DNA of 63,981 nucleotides, counting the filler, from Lenisia limosa (Eukaryota > Protista > Breviatea), in NCBI GenBank assembly GCA_001655205.1. It is 14 parts of 14 records of this genome, joined end to end, with 100 filler letters (N's around TTAATTAATTAA, not from the genome) between each part and the next. Parts side by side here need not be neighbours in the genome. Positions count along the whole stretch, not along the records: positions 25,865 to 27,507 come from LPNZ01006006.1; positions 27,608 to 29,283 come from LPNZ01010441.1; positions 29,384 to 35,297 come from LPNZ01008767.1; positions 35,398 to 37,822 come from LPNZ01003894.1; positions 37,923 to 41,887 come from LPNZ01010180.1; 9 more parts are not named here. One strand, written 5' to 3'. The translations under genes and the position numbers were made by a program. Positions 25,865 to 38,096 of the stretch are shown here, piece by piece. Each line of letters starts with the position of its first letter. The stretch's first letter is position 1. Under the pieces are notes generated by a model. The model searched no databases and was not told where the DNA came from. It was given only the letters and a program-made list of their open reading frames with translations.

Positions 25865-27200
25865 TATCAGGCCGAACCGGCCCAATTTCGCATACTTGGG
25901 GGGAGGGTTGTGGTGGGGGTGAAAATTGAGGAGGCGCTTCAGTTGAGGCAGTCTGCTGAAAGTAATCATAAAAAAGAGAAACAGCACACATACAAAACAG
26001 AATCACATAAGAGATCATGCCACTTCCAACCTGTATGACACCATGCGCGCCCTGTTCCGGTATTGAAGATAACCCCCTTGGTTCGACAATTTGGGGCGGG
26101 TCAGAAGGCCCTGGCGAGGGCATCCCGAGTTTCTGGCTCTGCATCGACACAATGAGTCTTCGGAGACTCTCATTTTCCAACTCAGCATGTCGGGCCTGTG
26201 GCGTGAGAATCTATTTAACATGGGTGGAAATGCGAAACTTTGTTGATGTAAAAGGGGGTATTCAGCAAATATATATTTTTTTTGAGAAAAAAAGTTATAT
26301 GCGGTGCCATAGTTTTTGGCATTTCTGAGACGCCAAGCCTAGCTCAACTCCAACCGTGTAATGTTCCATATGTGAAGCAGTCCCTCCATAAAAAAACCCA
26401 CAGCACTCACGTCATCGAACTATCACGTGTCCTACTTTTCTGTCACTTTCCCGCACTTGTCTTGATCGGTCATCCAGTTCACGTGAATGCCTTTGTGAAA
26501 TGTCTTCAAATTCATGTTGAGAATTGCTGAGCTCTGAACGCAGGTGCGCGTTTTCACGCTCACTATCGCGCAACAAATCAGAAAACACCTGGGTGGTGAA
26601 ACACATGAAAGTGCTCATATTTTGAAAAGTTGAACATGGTTAGAATAAAGATGTAGATAAATGTGACACACATAACAAATTAAGCTTGGAAGCTTGTAAA
26701 GGGAACTTACCTCAGTCGAAGCAGCGTCCGCAATGATTTTCCTATTGTTTCTTGGGGAGTGCAAGGTATTGGACTTATCCATAGCAAACACTTGGTGTCT
26801 GTTGGACGTTGATGTCACGGGATGAGTTGGTAGGGTGGGAAGGGAAGTAGCTGACTGCATTCCTACTGCAGCGTTTGTCTGGGGGGGGGGGGGGANNNNN
26901 NNNNNNNNNNNNNNNNNNNNNNNNNNNNNNNNNNNNNNNNNNNNNNNNNNNNNNNNNNNNNNNNNNNNNNNNNNNNNNNNNNNNNNNNNNNNNNNNNNNN
27001 NNNNNNNNNNNNNNNNNNNNNNNNNNNNNNNNNNNNNNNNNNNNNNNNNNNNNNNNNNNNNNNNNNNNNNNNNNNNNNNNNNNCAACCCTTTTGCCAAAC
27101 TCCCACAGCATCAACCCTTTTGCTAAACATTAACGAAACACACGAGGATTGAAAACAAACAAACAAAGCCGTGGATGGGTTAGAATAAGCACTCTAAGTG
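25865..27200 (-). CDS. Uncharacterised coiled-coil/Pro-rich protein fragment
   Basis: Exons TNAAVGMQS..ADAASTE|VFSDLLRDSERENAHLRSELSNSQHEFEDISQRHSRELDDRSRQVRESDRK|..ARHAELENESLRRLIVSMQSQK.. with GT-AG junctions. Confidence 0.5.
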
Positions 27201-27617
27201 AATGTCTGAGGCAAAACAAAAAGCAGCAAAAAGAGGGTACTCCGCCAAATGATTTTATCCATGAGCAAGAGACTTAAGATATGTGCATAAAATGAGTAGT
27301 AGCAAACATCACACTGTCACCCTCTTACCCTAGATTTGACCTGGTCATTCCCTTCAATCGAACCGTCTGAGCCCAATGCGGTGTGGGTTTGTGCCCACGC
27401 CAGGGTAGATGACGTGGCATTACAGGCTGCCTATTTTTGTCAGAAAGCTGAATAAGTACCTCTTTTTCCAATTCTTTGAGCGAAAAGATATATATATATA
27501 TATATATNNNNNNNNNNNNNNNNNNNNNNNNNNNNNNNNNNNNNNNNNNNNTTAATTAATTAANNNNNNNNNNNNNNNNNNNNNNNNNNNNNNNNNNNNN
27601 NNNNNNNCCCACCCCCC

Positions 27618-28327
27618 AGAGGGACAAACTAGCCCATGCCGGCAGCACAGCCGCCCTCACAGCCCCTTCGGAGCGCCCGGCTCCCGATGACGTGTCAGTT
27701 CGATTCGGCGCCGCCGTGACGGGAAGAGACACACTCCCGCACCGCGCTGCTATCAAGGTCGGATGGTGAATTGTTTTACCTTTTGTATACATATATTTTC
27801 AGGAGGGGTTATATTAGCGATGATACTATTCATTCCACGTCTAGTATATCTACAGTCTATGTTTTACCTTTCCCCCCCCCCCCNNNNNNNNNNNNNNNNN
27901 NNNNNNNNNNNNNNNNNNNNNNNNNNNNNNNNNNNNNNNNNNNNNNNNNNNNNNNNNNNNNNNNNNNNNNNNNNNNNNNNNNNNNNNNNNNNNNNNNNNN
28001 NNNNNNNNNNNNNNNNNNNNNNNNNNNNNNNNNNNNNNNNNNNGAAATGGTGCGGGGGAGGGTTGTTGTCAGCCAACAAAGCTGATTTGGGTCTTTTTTT
28101 TGTTTTGTTTCATAAACTTTCCAATTTTTCTCTCTCCTCCCCTTTTCGTGATTAGAACCTTTACACCAATATTCTCTATCAAAGTTTCCTTGTTTTACCC
28201 CCCCTCCCCCCAGAACTGGCTAAATCACTGGTCCGCTCTGATGACGTCACTGGATTCAGCCAAAATAGAGGAGGAAGAAGACTTTACTGGCTTGGTCACC
28301 CTAGACCCCTCAAAGTTCATACCATAA
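27618..28327 (+). CDS. 3' fragment of an uncharacterised gene
   Basis: GC-rich exon (..APSERPAPDDVSVRFGAAVTGRD..) and terminal exon NWLNHWSALMTSLDSAKIEEEEDFTGLVTLDPSKFIP* after a C-run acceptor. Confidence 0.4.
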
Positions 28328-28804
28328 GTCCTGCCGTTTTTAGTTTTGTGATAATGTTGCGTGTTTGTTGTGCTATAGGTTTGAGTTCTATTTATTGTTT
28401 CCCTTCTTTATGGTGGAAACACTCTACGGTTGAACAATTATTTAAACGAAATTAACATTGTTTCTTTTTCTTTGTTTATCATTGTTTCAATAATTTTCGG
28501 ATATGTAGCCCGTGAATTTACTGATCATTCTAATGGTATCCCTATGAATAATTTGCTTCCCTAGAATTTATTGCTCTTATTAGTCGTACTAACATCGTCT
28601 ACACGACAACGTGAAGGAGATCAACTTATTCAACCAGAATGTACAACCGCATTCAAAAAACCCGGGAAACTATCGATAGTTTTCAAGGATTTGTCTAGTA
28701 ATTCGGGTTTTTTCGAACCGAAGTGAAGCCCTAGTTAACTTCTTTCTCAAACAATCCTCTTATTCACGGTCTTAAGCTCCATCTACTAAAAACCGCTTAC
28801 TCTG

Positions 28805-28976
28805 AGGGTGCGATTGGGTTTTATTTTTATTTAATAAATAAAAATTTAAAGTGAGCGATTGATAAAATAAAATTATAAAGATTTTGAGCTTATTGTATCT
28901 ACCTCCTCTAGAGTAGGAGATAAAAACAATGAAAATTACAAATTTTTTCGAGGAAAATAAAAATCAATCGCGTCCT
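28805..28976. mobile_element. Candidate AT-rich MITE with ~23-bp imperfect TIRs
   Basis: Left AGGGTGCGATTGGGTTTTATTTT versus reverse complement of right end AGGACGCGATTGATTTTTATTTT; only one copy in the window. Confidence 0.4.
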
Positions 28977-29899
28977 AAATAAAGACTGTGCAGCTATCTG
29001 GGTTTAATTGGTTCTGTTTGGGGGGGGGGGGCGTTTCAGATAGAGACGAGAAGACACTGATCAGATCATCAGCGGAAAATGGTAGTTCACACGAGTGGCA
29101 TGATTCCCAGTCAAAATCCACTAAACATTTGTTCTAACTGCACTTTTTGAAATATAGTAAACATAAAGAAAGCACAAAGTGGAAGGAACGCTCACGTCAT
29201 AATTTACCATCCATCTCGATATTAACATTTCCTAATGGAAAAACAAAATTTGTTCTCATTTTCAGCAAGTTGTTCCAAGCAAANNNNNNNNNNNNNNNNN
29301 NNNNNNNNNNNNNNNNNNNNNNNNNNNTTAATTAATTAANNNNNNNNNNNNNNNNNNNNNNNNNNNNNNNNNNNNNNNNNNNNTGAAAGCGGTCGAAATA
29401 GTAAAAATGAGAAACATACGACCCCCCCTATACACCCTCACTGAAACACTAAACATCCCTCCCTCCGCCTCCAGAGTTCCAAAAGACTCAAAATTACATG
29501 AATGTATGAGGGCTATATTTAGTCCTGCCCAATAGGAAGGAAAAACTATTACTAACACATATGTTCTTAATTCATTCATATTTATTGTACTGCCATGTGT
29601 TAATGAACTGAAGATCATGCGGATCAATTGCCCTCCCGTGCTTCGCAAATGTTTNNNNNNNNNNNNNNNNNNNNNNNNNNNNNNNNNNNNNNNNNNNNNN
29701 NNNNNNNNNNNNNNNNNNNNNNNNNNNNNNNNNNNNNNNNNNNNNNNNNNNNNNNNNNNNNNNNNNNNNNNNNNNNNNNNNNNNNNNNNNNNNNNNNNNN
29801 NNNNNNNNNNTCTGAAAATGTTTCACTTAGTTCCCGACAGTGTATTCAAAGTGTAGAATGGGGGAAAGGCTCATTTGTTATCTGGACTATATTCACAAA

Positions 29900-32800
29900 T
29901 TTTGAGAAGGTCTGTCATACTACGTTTTGAATGGACCGATACCGTCCCCTCCTCCAGAAAGCCTATCCTCCCCTCACCTGGTGGAGGGACCTTCGGCTTG
30001 GCTTGGGAAAGAGGTTTGACAGGGTGCAGGAGTGTGCGATCTGTGATGTTAAATGTGGCTGCGAAAGGTGGTTATTCCAACAGTAATATGTTTAGCAATG
30101 GGAAATAAAAAACAAGGTTGTATCTGGCCGAAGACGTCCACATCATCACGCTTATAAAAGATATTGGATAATAGTATACTATTGATTCACCAAATCATTT
30201 TGCCATACAACTCTGTACACACAGCTTGGGCGATAGCTCTCACCCCCAATGACACCATTATATCACCCTTTACGTTTGAGCACTGCGGGCATTGGAACTG
30301 CAGACAACGCTGCAGCTTTCTCCTCAATCGACTGCGTGCTGGAAGGGGGCGGTGGCTCAAGCGAAGGAGATGGAACGTTCTTGGGAATTTCGAGTGGAGC
30401 AGAGGGGGGTAAAACGGGGTCAATTCGAGCGGCTTGTGGTTTATACGGCTTTATAGAGACTCTGTGCTCATGTTGAACTTGTGCCATAGTATTTTGGGAG
30501 ATAGAAAGGGAAACACCGGAATTGACCAGGCTTTCAGAGGGCATATTGAGGGTCTGCATGAGGCTCCTATTTGCTATTAAAACCACACTATATCCAATTT
30601 AAAGAAAGGGAAATTGAACAACAGAGAAGACTTTGGCTTTTATAAAATATCCATTTTATCCCCCCCCCCCCCACCTCTTCAGCGTGAAACCAGAGTTGAC
30701 TCCGCCTTGTGACGGTGCGGACATAGTGGGAAGAGACAGGGCAGATCCGGAGGCGATAGAGGGGTTTCTGGGCGGGTTAATTGTTGTTGATGGTATCCCT
30801 ATATAATATATAGCAATGAGAAATAAAAAGATGTATCTGGCAGAAGCCGTCCACACCATNNNNNNNNNNNNNNNNNNNNNNNNNNNNNNNNNNNNNNNNN
30901 NNNNNNNNNNNNNNNNNNNNNNNNNNNNNNNNNNNNNNNNNNNNNNNNNNNNNNNNNNNNNNNNNNNNNNNNNNNNNNNNNNNNNNNNNNNNNNNNNNNN
31001 NNNNNNNNNNNNNNNNNNNNNNNNNNNNNNNNNATTCAGATATTATATAATTTAACGTGAAATCTCGAACTATAACAGCGTAGATGGTGAGGATGTGTGT
31101 TTTATCAAGACACAAAATTCAGAAATAAAATAAAACGATCATCTGAGAAGAAAAACAGAATAAGCTATTCAAAAAAGAATAAAAGAATAAAAGGAAAAGC
31201 ATAATTGATTTCAATACGATAAAGTTTTAAAAAATAACAATGATTTTTCTACCAGTGACCCATCATATATTATAACGAAATGGAATTGTCAAATTTTTAG
31301 CCCCCCCCCCCNNNNNNNNNNNNNNNNNNNNNNNNNNNNNNNNNNNNNNNNNNNNNNNNNNNNNNNNNNNNNNNNNNNNNNGAGGCATCCTCCTCCTCAA
31401 TAAGCATCCCGTCAGAGTCATCCTCATCGACAAAGTCCATTTCGGAGTCGTTGTCAGAGGCTGCGTAACTGGTGGGTTTTGTTCTGGTATGTATCGCTTG
31501 ACGAGCTGTTGACATCGCCGCTTGGATGCTGTGTTGCTACGACGGGTCAAAAGGGAAAATCAATGAAATAGAGAACTCAAGATTGCTTATGTTTGAGGTT
31601 ATAATAAGGTAAATCCCAAAAAGTGTTTGAAAACAACAATAACAGAGCTTAGGAGGATGAAATCAAATAGCAAAAAGAAATTTTCATCTTAAGGATACAT
31701 CATATCATATCATAAATTGTAAGTGTCACAGAAACAATACAATGGATATAAAATGTTATGGATAAATTCCCTACAATCCAAAAAGTCCGGTTTTTATTGA
31801 AGATTTATCGAAAAATTCAGTCATTTTTGGGACTGTGGGGAAGCCCTAGATATATGTCACCTTATACTCCCCTGCCCGACCGAAGATCGCATCCTGTCAG
31901 CTCCCATAGATAACATCGTTTCTCGAGCCAACTGTCTGCTATACGGGGTGTTCAGCTGGGGGTTCTTCTCATACTATNNNNNNNNNNNNNNNNNNNNNNN
32001 NNNNNNNNNNNNNNNNNNNNNNNNNNNNNNNNNNNNNNNNNNNNNNNNNNNNNNNNNNNNNNNNNNNNNNNNNNNNNNNNNNNNNNNNNNNGAATATTGT
32101 TGATTGTAAACCTTAAAAAAACAATCAGGAGCTAAGTACCCGAACCTGATCTCTTTCCCCCCAGCACACCTCAACGCACATATAGCGGAACCTCACAAGT
32201 TTATCGTCTCCACCATAAAGAACATGCCCGCCGCTGTGCTGACTGTTTGGAGTGAGATGGGTAAAATGTGATTTGGGCTTCACTTCGGTTCGAAAAGAAG
32301 AAAAAATTTCTAATAAATCCTCAACCAGTTTTCTTCGGACCGAAGTGAAGCCGTATGTGTAAGGGGCTGAAATTCCAAAAAAAAAAAATCATGGGATCTG
32401 AGAAAATCGTATGGAATGGTATGATTTGTCATCCGAGCCCATGCGTACTTATTTGTTCTATCCAGAGCTCCCCCAAGTAAAACGGCTAATTTCTCAGGAG
32501 CAGCGTCATGTGCAATGTACCTGTTTAGTGAAGGGGGTATTGGGAAGGGACAATAATTTGATCAAAAGGCATTGGGTAAACCTAATTCATTGTCTCAAAT
32601 AGCCAACAATATTATGCGCTTAGAGAAAACTAATGTGCTGAGAAAGGTGTTGTAAGTGCAGAAAGAAGACTAAGACAAGGTAGTGATGGGAAAGTTATGT
32701 TCCTAGAAATATGATATGATCACTATGTCGATTAAGACTTCCCCTTTGTTTCACAAGCTATAAGAACACAATTTTTGAGCCATCTTACTGTGAGTCTTTG

Positions 32801-35260
32801 CACATGGCAATAACGTCCATGCGAGTTCCCATACGGCGAGGTAAGCGGCTGATTCCGTCCCGAACTAAATAGTTATTATGATCCTCGAACTAAAATGTCC
32901 CAGATAAAAAAATGCCTAATAAATAATGTTTTATATTACCAAACTAAAATGTATGCTACGATCCAATCTCGCACAAAAAGTATTGTTGTATCCCATATCG
33001 AACAAGAATGTGTAATAGTCCCAAACCTCATAGAGTGATACCCCCCCCCTCACCAATATTGTTTAGAATTGCAGGGGCAGGGCGGTAGGGGATGAGTGCG
33101 TCATGTTTTCTTACCTTCACATCTAAATCAAGTAAGCTCAGTGAAAGTCCTTCAAAAACCGAGTTAAATAATTGTGCATAGATCGCCTCCCCACACACAC
33201 GCGATAATACTAAACAAGAAACCGAGTATACAGTATCACCCATTAACGACGTGAAAGTAACTGAGAAACTAATTATGGATTATGAAGTGCGCCATGTACT
33301 AGGATCTCTTTTCGGACACTATAAATTTCAAATTTGATCTTTATTTGCACAGCGTCCTTGTTGTTCCCCCAGCCAACTTTTCGTAGGTAGCAGCGGGGCG
33401 AGGAACATGGCCACGCCGTAGCTATGCATCGTAAACGGGTCTTTTGGCGCTTTGTATCTCAGGTTCTCCTGGGGTACATGTGATTAATAATAACATTTTG
33501 CTTAAAGACCCCCCCACCGCATTATTCGGGTTTTCCCCCTCATTCCAAAAAGGAAAATATTTCCGAAAAAAAAGGTCAATATTTTCTGAAATTCTGCTCA
33601 GTTTCAAACTACAGGACAAATCAAGGGCTCCGAAATTACCTCTTCATGGAAGCGCTGAAGAATCAACGGATGGGTGGGGAGTACGGTCTGCACAAGGGCC
33701 TGCGATATTTCTTTGGCCCTGAGTTAGGTGAGACCAATGTACGGCTTGCTGAAATTTCAGGGAAACTAAATGAGACAAGACGTCGTGTAATTGAATACAG
33801 TCGAGGAGTATAAAAAAAGGTACTTAAAAATGGAGACAAAATAAATAGCCATTTTTGTTTTCAAAAAATCCCCGTTATCTAGTATAAACAAAACAAAACA
33901 AAACAAAATAATAATAAAAATAAAAGGGATTCGAACCCACGTTAGGGATGCAGGCATAATGGTGGTAAACACATCGTTGAGTTGCTGCACCTTCTTGACC
34001 AGGTCGGTGTCCCCTGCTTGGTGATATTGGGTTTGGTTTCGGTACCAAAAAGAAGCAGAAGAACAAACAGACCAGGTTGTGTTCGTTTACACCCGAGCTC
34101 ATCTTTTTCTGCACATATTGTATTTTTTCTTTTCTTCAGTTAATTAATACATTATAATTCTTATCCTAAATTTTTTTTTTGTTTTAGTTGATTTTTTGCG
34201 TATCGTTTCCTGTTATATATTATATAGTATACATAATTTATAATTTCCTCGTCTTGCTACCATAAAAATTCAAAATGCACCCCCATATCTGCCCTCCCTA
34301 TACCTTCAGCCCCTACCCCACGTACCCTCTTCTTGATTCCACTGCCATGACTTTGCCTGGTCGGCTGGTGTGCCTTGAGGCTGAAAAACAATCAAAAAAC
34401 AATAAAAAAAAATAAAAAAATATAATAATAATATGGGGGGTGAGGGGTATAGAGCTCATGGATTGGATTGTGTCTGTGGGAAAAAACACATTCACAAAAA
34501 TAAACAAAAACTAAAAGAAACTAAAATCAAAAGAAATACAAAAGAAACACAACTTTGAGACAACATACATTTATTTCCAGATTATTCATGCATAATATTC
34601 TTACTTTCAATTAATGAGTTGTGTTTACAGAATATGTCAGTGTAGAAAAACCTACACAGATTTCAAAAAAATAAAACTATAGATAAAAAAAAAAAAAAAA
34701 AAAAAATNNNNNNNNNNNNNNNNNNNNNNNNNNNNNNNNNNNNNNNNNNNNNNNNNNNNNNNNNNNNNNNNNNNNNNNNNNNGGGGAATTGCGAAGGGTG
34801 CGTCTCTTTTGCCGTCTGAGGGGAACGTACAGAGGAACTCCATCACGTAGTATGCGGCCTGAATAGTGACATTTTAGGAGAGGGGGAAAGAATGTAAAAA
34901 CAAAAAAAAATGAAAGTGTCTAAAATGACGTTCTCGTTACGATAGAGTGTATGCCTAACAATAATTTCTCAATTAATTGCAATGAGTCCAATAATTACAT
35001 ATACTGTGACTAGGGCTTCACTTCGGTTCGGAAAAAAATATCGAGAAATTCAGTTTTTTTTTATTGAACCGAAGGGAAGCCCTAACTGTGCACGTTGGAA
35101 GTTCTGACCAATTTCCATTAGGAAGGCATATAGGCAGTCAAGCCTCAGCACCATCAGTAAATATAATATAGATCTCACCTCCTCATGCGTTGCCAACTGG
35201 AGTGGAACAGGAAGATCTCCAAAAGACTTAACAGCCACTTCAGTCATCTGAGAATAAACG
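29900..35260 (-). CDS. NFRKB: NFRKB (INO80G)-like protein with NFRKB winged-helix region (partial)
   Basis: Exons in order: ILQRFHEE|ENLRYKAPKDPFTMHSYG|..VRKHDALIPYRPAPAILNNI|VRDGISRLPRRMGTRMDVIAMCKDSQ|YIAHDAAPEKL, matching from recall NFRKB 'QERYRYSQPHKAFTF..REHSLLRSDRPAYVTILSLVRDAAARLPNGEGTRAEICELLKDSQF'; followed by an acidic and Pro-rich tail. Confidence 0.75.
35013..35082. mobile_element. Family C MITE (70-95 bp, TIR GGGCTTCACTTCGGTTC, flanked by TA), reference copy
   Basis: TA|GGGCTTCACTTCGGTTCG...GAACCGAAGGGAAGCCC|TA. Other copies: ~28645-28731, 31765-31846, 32275-32353, 53975-54068, 57428-57522, 61499-61583; fragments near 15720-15800, 44860-44915, 63060-63090. Confidence 0.85.
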
Positions 35261-35435
35261 TAAAGTTGGGAAGACAATTATAAGGGAAGTGGGGGGANNN
35301 NNNNNNNNNNNNNNNNNNNNNNNNNNNNNNNNNNNNNNNNNTTAATTAATTAANNNNNNNNNNNNNNNNNNNNNNNNNNNNNNNNNNNNNNNNNNNNAGC
35401 ATATTATCCGCATCACCCAAAGCTAACACCCTCAG

Positions 35436-37049
35436 GTACACCGTTGATGAGCCCGAGTTTAAGTGGAACTGTGGACCGTTTGGTGGAGGCCTCACCGTGA
35501 CCCTGACGCGCTACTCTGACCAATGTGCGTGGTAGCTGCCTACTAATGGATCATTTCATCAAATCAGGTTATTATGGTTCGAAAAACTGTCACGGATATT
35601 CGAACATAAACTTACGTTGACAATGTGCCACGCCATATGTACTGAATGCTTTTATCTCATAAATTACCATGATCATTGCATCTATCTTATGTAGTGGTTC
35701 CAATAATAGAGGCAAAGCTCGGCTTTACTTTGCTCTTAACATGAATGATATGGCTGTCCGCCTTATCGTGCCAATCACAAACTCACAATAACACTGCATT
35801 TCTTCTCACCCCCCCCCCCCANNNNNNNNNNNNNNNNNNNNNNNNNNNNNNNNNNNNNNNNNNNNNNNNNNNNNNNNNNNNNNNNNNNNNNNNNNNNNNN
35901 NNNNNNNNCCGAGTGGACCCTTGCACGTGGGGGGTTGATTGTTATCATCATGCACGTTCATTTACAGGGAGTGGGTGTTGAGTTTCATTTAGATTCAAAA
36001 ATTCTTGTAGAGAAAATATTAATCGGAAATTTTATTATATTCATCAGACCCAAAATCAACGTGGAGGGAATCACCTTTTCTCAATTCCCAACAGAATTTG
36101 AATTTAGTTCTTGCCAATGTCCATTTATTCTTGACGAAACCCGTCAAACTGACGTCATAGGGGCACTTGTGAACCTACTGGCGAGGTGCCTGCCTCGACG
36201 GACCTCTGCTTCTCCTCCGATGATGGCGGCATCGAGGGGCCTTGTGGGGAGGGGGGGCAGTATGGGAATATGGGAATATGGGAATATCTCCGTTTGGAAT
36301 CAAATAATGTTGGAGGTATTAGAGGGTTTAAATTGAATTATGTTAGGGGGCTCTAAGAAGTTTAACTAAGTCCACTAAGCATATCATTAATACAAGAATA
36401 ATACACTAAAAATTAGCGAAATTCATTAATTAATTCTCATGTCGCTTGTGTTCACCCCCGTCACGCTGTAGCGTCTTCTACGATGAAAGCCGTCCTCATT
36501 GGGCTGGCAGCTCTATTGGGCATTTCAGCGGGTGCTGCAGCCTTCTTCTTTTTCGCCAAATCAAAGGGGAAAACTGTGAGTGGATAAACCCAAAAGACAC
36601 TTGTGGCTTGTCTTTTTGGATGCATTTTCCTCAAACACACCAATATTAACATGATTTGCCTTCTCATACATATTATTCACCTCTTGCAGGCTAGCGCTTC
36701 TGATGGCAACCTGTCGAGCTATATGACTGTTGATGATGATGATTTTAGCGGCGGTNNNNNNNNNNNNNNNNNNNNNNNNNNNNNNNNNNNNNNNNNNNNN
36801 NNNNNNNNNNNNNNNNNNNNNNNNNNNNNNNNNNNNNNNNNNNNNNNNNNNNNNNNNNNNNNNNNNAGGTGTTTAATCGAACTCCCCCTCAATCCCCTCC
36901 CCCCAGACTATAGGGCGCCGACACTTGAAACAGCAGAAGTCGGACCGGACCTGACCACCCTGGATAGTGACCTTGATGACGCAGGCAACCGAATGTCCTT
37001 GCCGCCAACAAGAGCGCCACCGCCACTCCCAGTGCGGGGGATGAGATAA
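35436..37049 (+). CDS. Single-pass membrane protein, C-terminal part (Cys-containing ectodomain end, TM, acidic/Pro-rich tail)
   Basis: Exons YTVDEPEFKWNCGPFGGG.., GTCEPTGEVPASTDLCF.., TM AVLIGLAALLGISAGAAAFFFFAKSKGK, tail ..SYMTVDDDDF..DYRAPTL..MSLPPTRAPPPLPVRGMR*. Confidence 0.55.
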
Positions 37050-38096
37050 GTCCGTGTTGTTCAATATCAAGGATTTCTGGGAACGTCTTTTGGTTGTGCA
37101 TGGTGGGTGCTGAAGGTTACCCCCACTGCTCCTTTAGCGTTGCATTGCCTGGGGTATCAAGGGAGGCTACCTCTGCGGTGTGAATTATTTCATTTCGACC
37201 CTTGCACCCCACCTCCCTATTGTTTCAACCGAATAAAGATTGGTTTTTGTGACCCCACGCAGGCAGACGCCCGGCCGCAGCAGCTGATGACACCGGAGTC
37301 AAATAACAACAAAATCCGCTCGGACGCACCTGGTGTCCGACTAATTGCTGATCATTCATAGATGGGGGTTGTTTCTGGATACATATTGGGTTCTGTTGAG
37401 CTGAGAGGTTCTGAAAAGCGGACATTAAAACTACATACGATAACAAGTACACATCAAATAATAACAAAACGCAGGGGACTAGTTCCATCCGAAGTACATT
37501 GTTGAGGGGTAGACACACGAGCTGTAGCCCTTCATCCTAAATTGTGACATATAAATGAAAAAGATGGGGGTGAGGATGGCTTGGTGTTAAGATTTAGTTC
37601 AAAAACTAATATTACATATAATAATATAGCTAATTACATGTAATATATCATCATATAGTATATGATATATAGTATATCGAATAATGGAAAGCCATAATAT
37701 ATAAATATATGATACACGTATATAATACATAATTACATGTATATTATATCAGATATGATTTTATCATGCAATCTTAATACGGTGTAATACTCCCAATATA
37801 TTTGATACACATTACATAACACNNNNNNNNNNNNNNNNNNNNNNNNNNNNNNNNNNNNNNNNNNNNTTAATTAATTAANNNNNNNNNNNNNNNNNNNNNN
37901 NNNNNNNNNNNNNNNNNNNNNNACCCTTTTTAGATGTCTCTTGAGGACTGATGACCCCTTTTCTTACTATAGCCCCTCTTCCACCGTTAATTAGTTCTAA
38001 TTTTCCCGCTAATTTATTTAGTGTGTATTCATATAACCTTGCTTTCAGATAATCATGATAATTTCATTGATTATTTTATCAACTTACCTCTTTTAG

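Noticed and set aside
33926-33940. GTGGGTTCGAATCCC (- strand), tRNA T-arm/B-box-like
   Set aside because: It is the start of an NFRKB intron; no D-arm, anticodon arm or acceptor stem can be folded upstream.
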